Shown here piece after piece: positions 48,882 to 58,298 of a stretch of 64,000 nt of DNA. This stretch comes from Patescibacteria group bacterium (GTDB lineage: Bacteria; Patescibacteriota; Minisyncoccia; JAHIHE01; JAGLIN01). Under the pieces are notes generated by a model that was not told the DNA's origin, searched no databases, and saw only the letters and a program-made list of their open reading frames with translations. Within the stretch, counting starts at the first letter, position 1, and every line of letters starts with the position of its first letter. The stretch spans positions 12,478-76,477 of the forward strand of contig JARGGI010000002.1 of assembly GCA_029210775.1 (NCBI GenBank), written 5' to 3'. Both the position numbers and the translations under genes were made by a program.

Positions 48882-49835
48882 CTACCCCGTCCAATAATAC
48901 GCCATAATACTAAAATCAACTAAGTCAATTTTACCGTCATTATTTAATCGATCAGTTTCTATAAGAGCGAAGTTAGCACTGATCGGTCTTTGATACCAAT
49001 AAGCCGCGATGGAAAAATCAACCAGATTTACTCTGCCGTCGCAATTCAAATCCGCCCTGCCACATCCAGTATTGTCTTTCTCTATTGTTTCCGTGCCGAC
49101 TAAAAAACCAACCGTTTGGCTATAAGGACTAATTTCTCCTCTTAATGAGGCCTTGGACTTGGTAAAATGCTGATCTATTTCAAGAACCGAGGTGTCAAAA
49201 TTATATAAATAAACTCCGTCTTTATCAGTTTTAACTTTACCAAAAAACGGCTGGTCTGAATTTATTTCAATAGTTATTTCCGTCTCAGGAACGCTCTGTC
49301 CGAAAATAGCGATATTGTCGCCCCTTTTTACCGCTTTTTTATCAACATCAATAGTAGGTGTAATAAAGATCCCGCTGACTTTAGTTGTAGCGCCTTGAGC
49401 GACGCTTATTGGGAATGTAAATAAACTTGACCGTCTGCCTTCCGCGTCTTCGCTGTAAATGGAAAAAATATAACTGCCGGGAGAAAGTCCGCTAAGATCT
49501 ATTTGAAAATTTGCGCCAGGATCAGCGATAGTCGTAGCCGCAACCTGAGCGTCTTTCAAGAGAGTTATAGTTCTTTTAGGATATGCTCTGCCGCTAAAAA
49601 CAACAGATGCTACAGGAGTGGGAACTGGTATTGTGCCTCTACCACCGCCTCCGCCGCTTGGAGGTGGTGGTGGGCTGTCAGCAATAATTGTAACACTAGT
49701 CGCGGAAGAATCGGCTTTTATTGTTTCAATGCTGGCATAAAACGAAAAAATAAAAAAAACAAAAACGCAAAGAAAAATAAGCGTTTCTGTTTTGTATTTC
49801 CTATATTTTCTAAATATCATAAAATAATGCAGCAT
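48882..49835 (-). CDS. Secreted protein with Ig-like domains and a C-terminal dockerin-like domain
   Basis: Duplicated Ca-binding loops ADLNCDGRVNLVDFSI and RLNNDGKIDLVDFSI; PPPPPSGGGGG linker after the N-terminal strand. Confidence 0.85.
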   Translation of the reverse strand: MLHYFMIFRKYRKYKTETLIFLCVFVFFIFSFYASIETIKADSSATSVTIIADSPPPPPSGGGGGRGTIPVPTPVASVVFSGRAYPKRTITLLKDAQVAATTIADPGANFQIDLSGLSPGSYIFSIYSEDAEGRRSSLFTFPISVAQGATTKVSGIFITPTIDVDKKAVKRGDNIAIFGQSVPETEITIEINSDQPFFGKVKTDKDGVYLYNFDTSVLEIDQHFTKSKASLRGEISPYSQTVGFLVGTETIEKDNTGCGRADLNCDGRVNLVDFSIAAYWYQRPISANFALIETDRLNNDGKIDLVDFSIMAYYWTG

Positions 49836-49854
49836 TTTAAATTATTTATTCTTC

Positions 49855-50865
49855 TTATTCTCCGCCCTTTTCTTCTTTATCTTTTGCATTATTTTCTTTA
49901 ACTTCTTCCTCTTCTTTCTCGTTTTTCGCTGATCTCTTCTTATTTTTCTTCTTGATTATTATAACAACTGCGACAACCATTACCAAAATAAGAGCTAAAA
50001 GAGCTATTAGTAAATTTTTATCAAAATCTATTTTTTTATTATCATCTTTAATAATTCCTTCAGGTGAATAATCAAGAGTTCCTGCTTCAACAACCCTGAA
50101 AGGAGTTTGAAGTTCTTTAACAACTTTTCCATCTTTATAGACTTTGACTGTTCCAGAATATTCTCCAAGACCCAACCTTAAATCAATTGGAAATTGCATC
50201 ATAGTTTCCTTTGCTGAATATGGAGATACAGATTCAAATTCTTCCGTTTGTGCGTATCCGAGGCGAACAGCATTATATTTATCAAACAAATCAAAAGTAG
50301 CTCTATCAAGTTTTACAGGAACATTACCGGTATTTTGGATTTTAACAAAAGCTAAGAGAGACCATCCAGTTTCAATATTTTTCATGGTTATAGCCAAAAC
50401 CTCAAATTCCTCAATAACATTATTGCCAACCGTAAGATCAAGATCAATTCTTCCGCCATAGTTAATACTAACATTTGAGCCCTCTTTAACCTCTTTTATT
50501 TTTGCCGGCGATGTATTTACTCTTATAAAACCCTTGTATTTTCCCATCAGAGCATCTTCTGGAACGCTTATCTTTATTTTTATCGGAAATTGTTGTCCTC
50601 CTTTTGGTATAATAAAGGACATCCCTTGGTCAATGCTAATCCAACTTTCAATTTCAGGAGCATCAAAAACCACCTCTGCCTGCAAATCTTCATCCGGTTC
50701 GCTTTGAACAAGAGTTATTATTTGTTCATACACAGAACCCTTTAATAAATTATCGGCAATAATTTGAGGCGGTGAAACTCCAAATCCCCCCGCATTTGCA
50801 TTTCCTGAAAAAACTAGCGTTGCAACAATTATTGATAAAATTTGGAAATTTTTTTTAAATTCCAT
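49855..50865 (-). CDS. Membrane-anchored two-Ig-domain protein, WxL-interacting (DUF916/DUF3324) or pilus-chaperone-like
   Basis: Signal peptide; FGVSPP..ISVPEDALMGKYKGFI; KIQNTGNV; C-terminal TM plus charged tail. Confidence 0.65.
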   Translation of the reverse strand: MEFKKNFQILSIIVATLVFSGNANAGGFGVSPPQIIADNLLKGSVYEQIITLVQSEPDEDLQAEVVFDAPEIESWISIDQGMSFIIPKGGQQFPIKIKISVPEDALMGKYKGFIRVNTSPAKIKEVKEGSNVSINYGGRIDLDLTVGNNVIEEFEVLAITMKNIETGWSLLAFVKIQNTGNVPVKLDRATFDLFDKYNAVRLGYAQTEEFESVSPYSAKETMMQFPIDLRLGLGEYSGTVKVYKDGKVVKELQTPFRVVEAGTLDYSPEGIIKDDNKKIDFDKNLLIALLALILVMVVAVVIIIKKKNKKRSAKNEKEEEEVKENNAKDKEEKGGE

Positions 50866-51003
50866 ATTTTTAAAAAATTATTAAATATATTTCATTATAT
50901 AAAAAATTTAACTGCTATTCAAAATATACCACATTTTATAATATAAAGCAAATCATAGAAGTCTAATTCCTATATGTTTAAGAAATAATCTAACTCTATA
51001 AAA

Positions 51004-51047
51004 AACTAACCCTCTTTAATTTTGATATTATTAAAGAGGGTTAGTTT
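51004..51047 (-). terminator. Intrinsic terminator after the putative major subunit gene
   Basis: aaactaaccctctttaat...attaaagagggttagttt inverted repeat. Confidence 0.7.
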
Positions 51048-51085
51048 ATGGAAAATAATTAACAAACATTAATCATTTGAACTCC

Positions 51086-52012
51086 TTATGTTCCAGCAAC
51101 AGCGGTGAAAGTGTTTGATCCGGTGCATGCTCCTTCAACACCATTTGCCGGTATTAATATCCCCCAATAAGAGCCAGCACTAACGGGAGTATTAGTATCT
51201 TCTGGAGTTGGTAATGTTAAGTTTAATGTTGTGGGAGTGGCTGATAAATCTGTTCCCGTGCTATAGTCAAAACTTGCTGTAGCTGAATATTCTTGATTAG
51301 CGATTGGGATTGTTCCGGTGGTGCATGACATTGCCGCCGCAGATGAAACTTGCGGATCCATTATAGCGTTGCCAGTGTTTGTCACCGTTGCCGTTATAGG
51401 AGAAGTGTTAGTGTCAGTTCCAAGCCCCATAGAACCATATCCAATTGAAGCGGTCACATCCAAAGCAAGGAGTGTGTCTACTGTTATCGTGTCAGTGTCA
51501 GCAGTTCCAGCGCCAACAGTATCAGTAGGAGTTACCTGACATGTCCATGCGCCAGGATCGGCATAATATTGAACTGAAAAATTACATGTATATGTTTCTG
51601 TTAGGCCCGATCCTCCAGAAGGAACGCAGTTGGTGTCGCCAGTAAGAATATAACGAACATCAGAATCGCCTGCTCCTGCCGCTCCTGCTGTTGTTAAATA
51701 TAATCTTGCTTCAACTGAAGTAATATCTGCATAGCCATTGTTATCCGTAACTGTAGCCACGCAAGATACTGTTTTAGTGGTGTTTTCAGTTAAAGTTACA
51801 TTTGCGGCAGCACTGTCAATGCTCGTTGCGCTAGCTACAGGCAGCGCGTTTGTGATAGTTACGGAAGTACTAGAAGAATCTGCTTGAGCTTTTTCTATGG
51901 TTTTGTTTGATGCAAAATTACCAGAAGAAAAAACAAGTCCAAGAATCATCGTCGCGACTATCATTTTTTTAGACGCTTTTTTAAAAACTCTTTTTGTTTT
52001 TATTTTCATCAT
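51086..52012 (-). CDS. Secreted Thr-rich beta protein, putative major filament subunit (WxL/pilin-like)
   Basis: Signal peptide ending AQA; six Cys; TVTNTGN and YWGILIP; C-terminal strand SNTFTAVA; no TM anchor. Confidence 0.7.
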   Translation of the reverse strand: MMKIKTKRVFKKASKKMIVATMILGLVFSSGNFASNKTIEKAQADSSSTSVTITNALPVASATSIDSAAANVTLTENTTKTVSCVATVTDNNGYADITSVEARLYLTTAGAAGAGDSDVRYILTGDTNCVPSGGSGLTETYTCNFSVQYYADPGAWTCQVTPTDTVGAGTADTDTITVDTLLALDVTASIGYGSMGLGTDTNTSPITATVTNTGNAIMDPQVSSAAAMSCTTGTIPIANQEYSATASFDYSTGTDLSATPTTLNLTLPTPEDTNTPVSAGSYWGILIPANGVEGACTGSNTFTAVAGT

Positions 52013-52140
52013 GTTTTTTATTTTTTATGTTATTAATTATTATTTAGTCCATCCTAATATATAAAAAGTTATAATTTTCAATGAAAAATTGCTATTTTGC
52101 TATTTAATTAACTTTACTTGTTAATATTATAACACATTTT

Positions 52141-53541
52141 CTAAGACCCCGCAATAGCTGTAAAAGTATTAGAGCCCGTGCAACTTCCTCCAACGCCCGT
52201 GCCCGGTATTCCTATCCCCCAATAAGAATTATCCGTGACGGGGGTTGTTGTTGTTGGTTTTGCCAGAGATAAATTTAGAGTTGTTGGAGTGGCTGATAAA
52301 TCCGTACCAGAACCATAGGTAAAAGTTGCGTTTGAATATTCCTGGTTCGCAACTGGGATTGTTCCGATTGTGCAAGTCATTGCTGCGGCAGATGAAACCT
52401 GCGGATCCATCAAAGTGTTTCCTGTATTTGTAACAGTTACTGTTTGAGGAGAAGCTCCAGAATTATTTCCCAGTCCCAAGGTTCCGTAATTGATATTAGC
52501 TGTTACATTTAAGGCATTGAGAGTGCCCATTTCAATTGTATCCGTTGCTGCGGTTCCGGGTCCTCCAGAATACGAAGGAGTCACTTGACAAGTCCAGTTA
52601 TCAGCTGAATAAATAGGCGCGCTGGCGTCAGTCGGTTCCGCAAAAAATTGGACAGAAAAAGCACAGGTATAATTTTCCGTATTTCCTGAACCGCCAGAAG
52701 GGATGCAATTAGCGTCACCCGTTAAGGTATAATGATTATTATCATTATCAGCTACTCCCGCGCCCACTCCCGTTCTGTATAACTTTGCTTCAACTGAGGT
52801 AATGTCCGCATAGCCATTTTCGTCTGTAACCGTAGCTGTGCAAGTAATAGTTTTCGTAGTATTTTCAATTAAAGTAACGCTTGTCGCTCCGCCATCAATA
52901 CTGACTGAACTGGCAACTGGAGGGGTAGAACCGGGAGTATAATAAATAGTCACCCAGACATAATCTATTTCAATATTTTTACCGCTTTTACTGTTGGACC
53001 CCTCTATTTTGACCTTAAAATTTGCATTGCTAAATTCGCTTGCGGACCAAGCTCTCCCCCAAGTATCCGTTGTTCCTCCTTCAGTGTATAATGTAAAATT
53101 CATAGATAATTCACCAGAATCTGGGCTGCGATAAGCAGCAGTATAACCAGACCCTCCATCCCATGACAAATAAGTATTAAGATAGCCATCACAAGAATTA
53201 TTATTTTCTTGCGCCTCAATTTCAACTTTAATTCCGTCAATTGACAGGGCGTCAGCTGGAACATTCAAAGTAAAATCTGATAATGTTCCAACTGCCGTCC
53301 CCAAACTGCTGTAAACCGCGATACTGGCATCATTGCCGCTCAAACTGGTGGTGTTCCATCCAGATGTCCAAGAAGCATTAGTAGCCGTTACAGCCGTTTT
53401 TACTCCCGTGTCAGCAGCTATACTTTTTTCAATTTCCGCCGGAAATTGAAAATTTTGCCATATCTGCGGCCACCCAGAAAATACCCACGAAAAAATAAGG
53501 GTGAAAATGAGAATGGTTTTTGGCAGTTTTTTAAAATTCAT
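52141..53541 (-). CDS. Secreted paralog with an extra N-terminal domain, putative tip/adhesin subunit
   Basis: C-terminal ~260 aa closely match 51086-52012 (ENTTKT..C.ATVTD.NGYADITSVEA; MDPQVSSAAAM.CT.GTIP; YWGI.IP); extra ~160-aa Trp/Ser-rich N-domain. Confidence 0.7.
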   Translation of the reverse strand: MNFKKLPKTILIFTLIFSWVFSGWPQIWQNFQFPAEIEKSIAADTGVKTAVTATNASWTSGWNTTSLSGNDASIAVYSSLGTAVGTLSDFTLNVPADALSIDGIKVEIEAQENNNSCDGYLNTYLSWDGGSGYTAAYRSPDSGELSMNFTLYTEGGTTDTWGRAWSASEFSNANFKVKIEGSNSKSGKNIEIDYVWVTIYYTPGSTPPVASSVSIDGGATSVTLIENTTKTITCTATVTDENGYADITSVEAKLYRTGVGAGVADNDNNHYTLTGDANCIPSGGSGNTENYTCAFSVQFFAEPTDASAPIYSADNWTCQVTPSYSGGPGTAATDTIEMGTLNALNVTANINYGTLGLGNNSGASPQTVTVTNTGNTLMDPQVSSAAAMTCTIGTIPVANQEYSNATFTYGSGTDLSATPTTLNLSLAKPTTTTPVTDNSYWGIGIPGTGVGGSCTGSNTFTAIAGS

Positions 53542-53561
53542 AACTAGATGAATAATATTTT

Positions 53562-54095
53562 TTAGTCTGGCAAACCAGAAATAATCTCAGCGATTTTTGG
53601 ATGTTGGGCAAGAAACCGATATTCAAGCATTTTCATAATAATCGTTATGTGCCTAAGCTCAACATCAGCTCTGTCTGGATGCATTAAAAGTTGAGAAATT
53701 TCTTTTCCAAGATCACTCAGATATTCAGGGATTGTTTCGGAATTTATCTTTTCTTTTAACTCCACAATAATTTTATCAAGCTCTTCTCTATCAAGCCAAA
53801 CTCCACGACAATCAAGACAAATATCAACCATAACATTTGTGTTTCCATATTTTATTTTAAAAAGATGCTTCCCATCCCTGGGACAATTTACTGACTTTCC
53901 ACTAACCATTAGCTTACTCCTATCTTCCCATAAATCAAAGTCTAGCCAACTTAAATTTTTATCACGATGATCGCGAATAGTTTTTAGCTCATCTTTATCA
54001 AACCATATTCCACCACAAAACTCACAGCAATCAATTCTAACTCCGTTTATTTCAGCCTTTTTTAGTTCTTCTAATCTACATTTTGGACATTTCAT
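53562..54095 (-). CDS. Double zf-TFIIB-like zinc-ribbon protein
   Basis: CPKC...CEFCGGIWFD and CPRD...CLDCRGVWLD. Confidence 0.75.
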   Translation of the reverse strand: MKCPKCRLEELKKAEINGVRIDCCEFCGGIWFDKDELKTIRDHRDKNLSWLDFDLWEDRSKLMVSGKSVNCPRDGKHLFKIKYGNTNVMVDICLDCRGVWLDREELDKIIVELKEKINSETIPEYLSDLGKEISQLLMHPDRADVELRHITIIMKMLEYRFLAQHPKIAEIISGLPD

Positions 54096-54181
54096 AAATT
54101 TAGAATTAAATTATTTGTTATTGTGAGAGATTTTGTAAGATACTATAATAATCTCGTAATTATGTGCAATGATTTCTATTT

Positions 54182-55984
54182 CTATAATTTATAAATACAA
54201 ATTTTTTCATCCCTTTTTATTTTCGAATCACATCTTGGATCATCTATATTTTCTAAGCGAGCTGATAACTCAAAACTTTTTCCGTCTACTGAGGTATAGC
54301 CATAATAATAAATTGGATGTTTCGGATCAAGTGGAAGATTTGATTCTTCGTTTGCTGATTTGATTTTAGTCACCACACCATTGCTCTCGTTTAATTTTGA
54401 AGCAGATACACTAATTGGATAATTACCATTTTCTATTTTATATTTTATAATCATAGAAGATAAGTTTCTTAAATCCGACACTCTTTGCTTGTCTCTTTCA
54501 ATAATTGTGATTTCATTTTCATTTCCACTTGTTTTACTTTCTGATTTATTTACATTTTTATCAAACTGAGAACCATGAACAAATGAATTAAAACAATCTT
54601 TTTCCTTCATCTCAAATTCAATACAAACCTCAAAATCACTTCCATCGTTCAACTGCCTATATTTATACAATTCATTTGTCTCAGGATCTCTATATTCCTC
54701 TTCTAATTGATTCAGCGATTCAGGATATTTATTATTTTTAGTAAAATAACCCTCTAAACTGTTTTGAATACTAAATTTGTCATATTGACGCGTCATGTCA
54801 TATTCCCGACTATTATCATTTCCGATTAAATCCGGAATTAATGTTTCCGTACTAAATATGAAATATGAAAATCCAACAAAATATATTAATATAAATATGA
54901 ATCCAATTATTGCTAACACTTTTATCTTGGTTTTATTATTTTGTAAATTATTTCTACCTATCTTATCCCTTTTAATGACTCTTAAATTTTCGTAGAGATT
55001 ATACATAAATAAACACATAACCGGGACAAGCACAGAATAGAATAATATTAACAAAAGAAACATGGGTATGGCTAAAAACGGTGAAATGGAAGCAATAACA
55101 CCTGTCAAGAAGAATAAAACAAGTAAAATTAATATAACCAAACAGTACAAAACTAAAAGTCGCCATAGGATTGATAAAACCTTCTTTTTTATTAATTCGT
55201 ATCCAATAGAAAATGACTCTAATGGAGATACGTCGTCTAAAACTACATTAAAATCCGCAAAAATCACAACAACTAAACTGACAGGATATATTAATAACAT
55301 TGTTAATAACATTGTAATTATTGCTAAAAACCCTAAAACCCAAATAATTACATTCAATAAAGCTCGAGAAACTTCTCCGTTAGAAAAAAGTGTCCCTGAG
55401 TAAGAAGTTATAAAAAACAAAATTCCAGGAATAAGAAGAAAAACTGCTAAAACACCCATCACAACAAAAATTCCCAAAAAGCTTGCAAAAAAGAAAGGTT
55501 TAATTTTATTTGTTGAATTCTTTATTAAATCTATTATATTAGCATTTTTATCATTCAATAATCTGATAATTGAGATAACTATAGAAAAAGATGGAACATA
55601 TAATATAATACTAATCAAGACTGCTGTTAGAATCATCATTACGACACTCTTAGCAAAAAGAACTATAATAAAACCTATAATTACATTTGAAAGTATAATA
55701 ACTAATAATAATATTAAAGACAATCCTAAAAAACCTTTCCATCTTTCAATAAACATCTTATATGACAAAGACAATAAATCAAAAACTCCCATAAGTTTCT
55801 CGCTACTAAAAACATCGTCTTTAAATATGTGCGTCTGATTTATATTCTCAGATTCATTGGTATTTATTTCTGAAGAGTCCAAGGAATTAATAGTTTTGTC
55901 TCTTTCTTTAATAATGCTTACATCTGTATTATCACTATTAGACTTTAATTTTTCAGAGTCAATTTGATTCAGATTGATGTCCAT
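54182..55984 (-). CDS. Polytopic membrane protein with two C-terminal pilin/GspG-like globular domains
   Basis: About 7 TMs; DMTRQYD..IQNSLEGYF..NNKYPESL..DP and RDKQRVSDL..YKIENGNYP..LPLDP. Confidence 0.7.
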   Translation of the reverse strand: MDINLNQIDSEKLKSNSDNTDVSIIKERDKTINSLDSSEINTNESENINQTHIFKDDVFSSEKLMGVFDLLSLSYKMFIERWKGFLGLSLILLLVIILSNVIIGFIIVLFAKSVVMMILTAVLISIILYVPSFSIVISIIRLLNDKNANIIDLIKNSTNKIKPFFFASFLGIFVVMGVLAVFLLIPGILFFITSYSGTLFSNGEVSRALLNVIIWVLGFLAIITMLLTMLLIYPVSLVVVIFADFNVVLDDVSPLESFSIGYELIKKKVLSILWRLLVLYCLVILILLVLFFLTGVIASISPFLAIPMFLLLILFYSVLVPVMCLFMYNLYENLRVIKRDKIGRNNLQNNKTKIKVLAIIGFIFILIYFVGFSYFIFSTETLIPDLIGNDNSREYDMTRQYDKFSIQNSLEGYFTKNNKYPESLNQLEEEYRDPETNELYKYRQLNDGSDFEVCIEFEMKEKDCFNSFVHGSQFDKNVNKSESKTSGNENEITIIERDKQRVSDLRNLSSMIIKYKIENGNYPISVSASKLNESNGVVTKIKSANEESNLPLDPKHPIYYYGYTSVDGKSFELSARLENIDDPRCDSKIKRDEKICIYKL

Positions 55985-56083
55985 ATCTCTATGTTAAAAA
56001 ATTATTTATCGTAATTTTTGGTTTTTAGATTTATTCTCTTCTTTATTATATATTTATAAATTTATTATAACATATAACTGTAG

Positions 56084-57304
56084 CTATTTCAAATATTTTC
56101 TCTTTCTTATCTTTTCAGGAAAATATTCCTGTTTTTCTTGATAATCAAAATCTGGTGAATATTTATATCCTTTTCCATAATGCAAGTTTTTCATCAATTT
56201 TGTGGGCGCATTTCTAATGTGCAATGGTACAGGAAGATTACCATATTTTTTTACATCATCAACTGATTCTCCATAAGCTTTATAAAGCTCATTGCTTTTT
56301 TTGCTCTTTGCCATATAAACAACAGCTTGTGCAAGATTAACGCTACACTCTGGATAACCAATGAAATGACAGGCCTGATAAGCAGAAACCGCTTGATCAA
56401 GGGCAAATGAATTCGCAATTCCAATGTCTTCTGAAGCAAATCTAATTAGACGCCTTGCAATATAAAGCGGATTTTCCCCTCCTTCAATCATTCTTGCAAG
56501 CCAATATAACGATGCATCCGCATCACCGCCTCGCATTGATTTATGAAGAGCTGAGATAACATTATAATGCTCCTCTCCATTCTTGTCATAAGCTAAAGAT
56601 TTTTGAAGCGCTTCTTGGATTGTTTTCTGATCCATTTTTTTATTTATGTCGCTGGCAAATTCCAAAGCATTAAGCGCCACACGAGCATCACCGTCTGATA
56701 TTTCAGCCAGAAACTTCATATCCTTGTCGTTTATAGTAATTTTTAAATTACCTAGTCCTCTTTTTTTATCATCTAAAGCATTTTTCAGTATTTTTTCAAT
56801 ATGTTCTGGATCAAGTTTTTCAAGCACAAAAACACGACAACGCGACAAAAGAGCGTTATTAACTTCAAAACTCGGATTTTCAGTTGTAGCTCCAACTAAA
56901 ATTATTGTTCCATTTTCAATGTGAGACAAAAGTGTATCTTGTTGAGATTTATTGAAACGATGAATCTCATCAATAAACATAATAGTTTTCTTCCCGTCTT
57001 TTTTTAATTCTTCCGCTATTCTAATCTTTTCTCTAACTTCTTTTACTCCGCTTATGGTCGCACTCAATTTCGCAAACTCTCCCTTTGTAGTTTGAGCTAT
57101 AATAAAGGCCAGTGTTGTTTTCCCCGACCCAGGCGGACCCCAAAAAATAATAGAAGGGATATTGTCAGCTTCTATCGCTTTCCGTAAAATTTTATCCTTC
57201 CCCAAAAGCTTTTCCTGCCCGACAAAATCCACCAACGTCTTCGGACGCATTCGATCAGCTAACGGAATTTTATGAGTTTGTGAGTCCATATTCATTATGA
57301 TCAC
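56084..57304 (-). CDS. rarA: Replication-associated recombination protein A
   Basis: PLADRMRP, WGPPGSGKTT, FIDEIHRF, SALHKSMRG and ASEDIG motifs. Confidence 0.96.
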   Translation of the reverse strand: MIIMNMDSQTHKIPLADRMRPKTLVDFVGQEKLLGKDKILRKAIEADNIPSIIFWGPPGSGKTTLAFIIAQTTKGEFAKLSATISGVKEVREKIRIAEELKKDGKKTIMFIDEIHRFNKSQQDTLLSHIENGTIILVGATTENPSFEVNNALLSRCRVFVLEKLDPEHIEKILKNALDDKKRGLGNLKITINDKDMKFLAEISDGDARVALNALEFASDINKKMDQKTIQEALQKSLAYDKNGEEHYNVISALHKSMRGGDADASLYWLARMIEGGENPLYIARRLIRFASEDIGIANSFALDQAVSAYQACHFIGYPECSVNLAQAVVYMAKSKKSNELYKAYGESVDDVKKYGNLPVPLHIRNAPTKLMKNLHYGKGYKYSPDFDYQEKQEYFPEKIRKRKYLK

Positions 57305-57331
57305 AGAAGCTTAGTTTTTTTAGAATTAAAA

Positions 57332-58009
57332 TTATTCAATAAAATATTTCTCTAAATCTTTTCTTTTTTCAGATTCGTCAATCACTATATTAACATAATT
57401 TTCATACTCTTCTAAATTTTTAAATTGTGACAAAATAATTTCTTTATTGCACAAAGTTCCACATCTTAATCCCAAATAATCTGGATAGCTACACCAGTTA
57501 TAATTTCTGACTTTAGACATCTTATGAATTTCAACGTTTCCGTTCACATATCCAGAAAGCCAAAGAAGATATTCGTTGGTGTCTATGTGTTTAGCTTTAA
57601 ATTTACCTTGAAACAAAGCGCCTGAACGATCGTATTTTTGATTAAAATACATAGAATAGCCAACACCTATTTTATGCATAAACTTAGAAATTCCACCTTC
57701 AACTAATTGTTTTAAAATAAAATGATAGTGATTGGGATTGAAACAATAGCAGATAATTTCAACTAACGCCAAAATTGATAATGGAGACTCGGTCTCCACG
57801 CTGGAGACCGAGTCTCCATTATCAATTTTTTTGTTTCTATTTCTTAAATATTTTGTATATAATCCTCCAAAGGCTTCAATAGTATTAAATTCTTTTATTT
57901 CAGTTAAAAACCTCGCATAATCTTTTTCGTCACAAAAAACATCGCGCTTATCCACACCACGATTGTAAATGTGATAATATTCATCATTGGCAAACTCTAC
58001 TTTGCGCAT
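57332..58009 (-). CDS. REP-associated tyrosine transposase (RAYT)-like HUH/Y1 protein
   Basis: YYHIYNRG, YCFNPNHYH (HUH), YFNQKYDRSGALFQGKF and NWCSY motifs. Confidence 0.88.
   Translation of the reverse strand: MRKVEFANDEYYHIYNRGVDKRDVFCDEKDYARFLTEIKEFNTIEAFGGLYTKYLRNRNKKIDNGDSVSSVETESPLSILALVEIICYCFNPNHYHFILKQLVEGGISKFMHKIGVGYSMYFNQKYDRSGALFQGKFKAKHIDTNEYLLWLSGYVNGNVEIHKMSKVRNYNWCSYPDYLGLRCGTLCNKEIILSQFKNLEEYENYVNIVIDESEKRKDLEKYFIE
57771..57829. repeat. Perfect 28-bp inverted repeat inside the RAYT-like ORF
   Basis: AAAATTGATAATGGAGACTCGGTCTCCA-CGC-TGGAGACCGAGTCTCCATTATCAATTTT. Confidence 0.95.
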
Positions 58010-58017
58010 ATGAATTT

Positions 58018-58236
58018 CTAAATTCCTATAATTTCATTTTTGATTTTTTTAATTTCAGATTTATCTTCAACTAACCTGCCTTTGCATAATTTAATCAAAA
58101 GCATCGACACACCGCAATCTTTACATTTACCCCATCCACATTTGCCTTTATTTTCTTTTGCCAATTTCTGACAAAGCTTCATTTCATTGTCAAAAAAAGA
58201 TTTTTTGATAATACTTTTTTTAATCCTGTTTTGCAA
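58018..58236 (-). CDS. Small Cys-rich hypothetical protein
   Basis: CGWGKCKDCG. Confidence 0.6.
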   Translation of the reverse strand: MQNRIKKSIIKKSFFDNEMKLCQKLAKENKGKCGWGKCKDCGVSMLLIKLCKGRLVEDKSEIKKIKNEIIGI

Positions 58237-58298
58237 GTTAAGTTTTTATTTAACATAGAAATAAATTATTATCAGCAAAAAAGACGAACAATCTCAAA

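Noticed and set aside
48484-53541. Possible diversity-generating retroelement (four-helix Avd-like gene plus duplicated sequence)
   Set aside because: No reverse transcriptase in the window, and differences between the paralogs are not adenine-specific.
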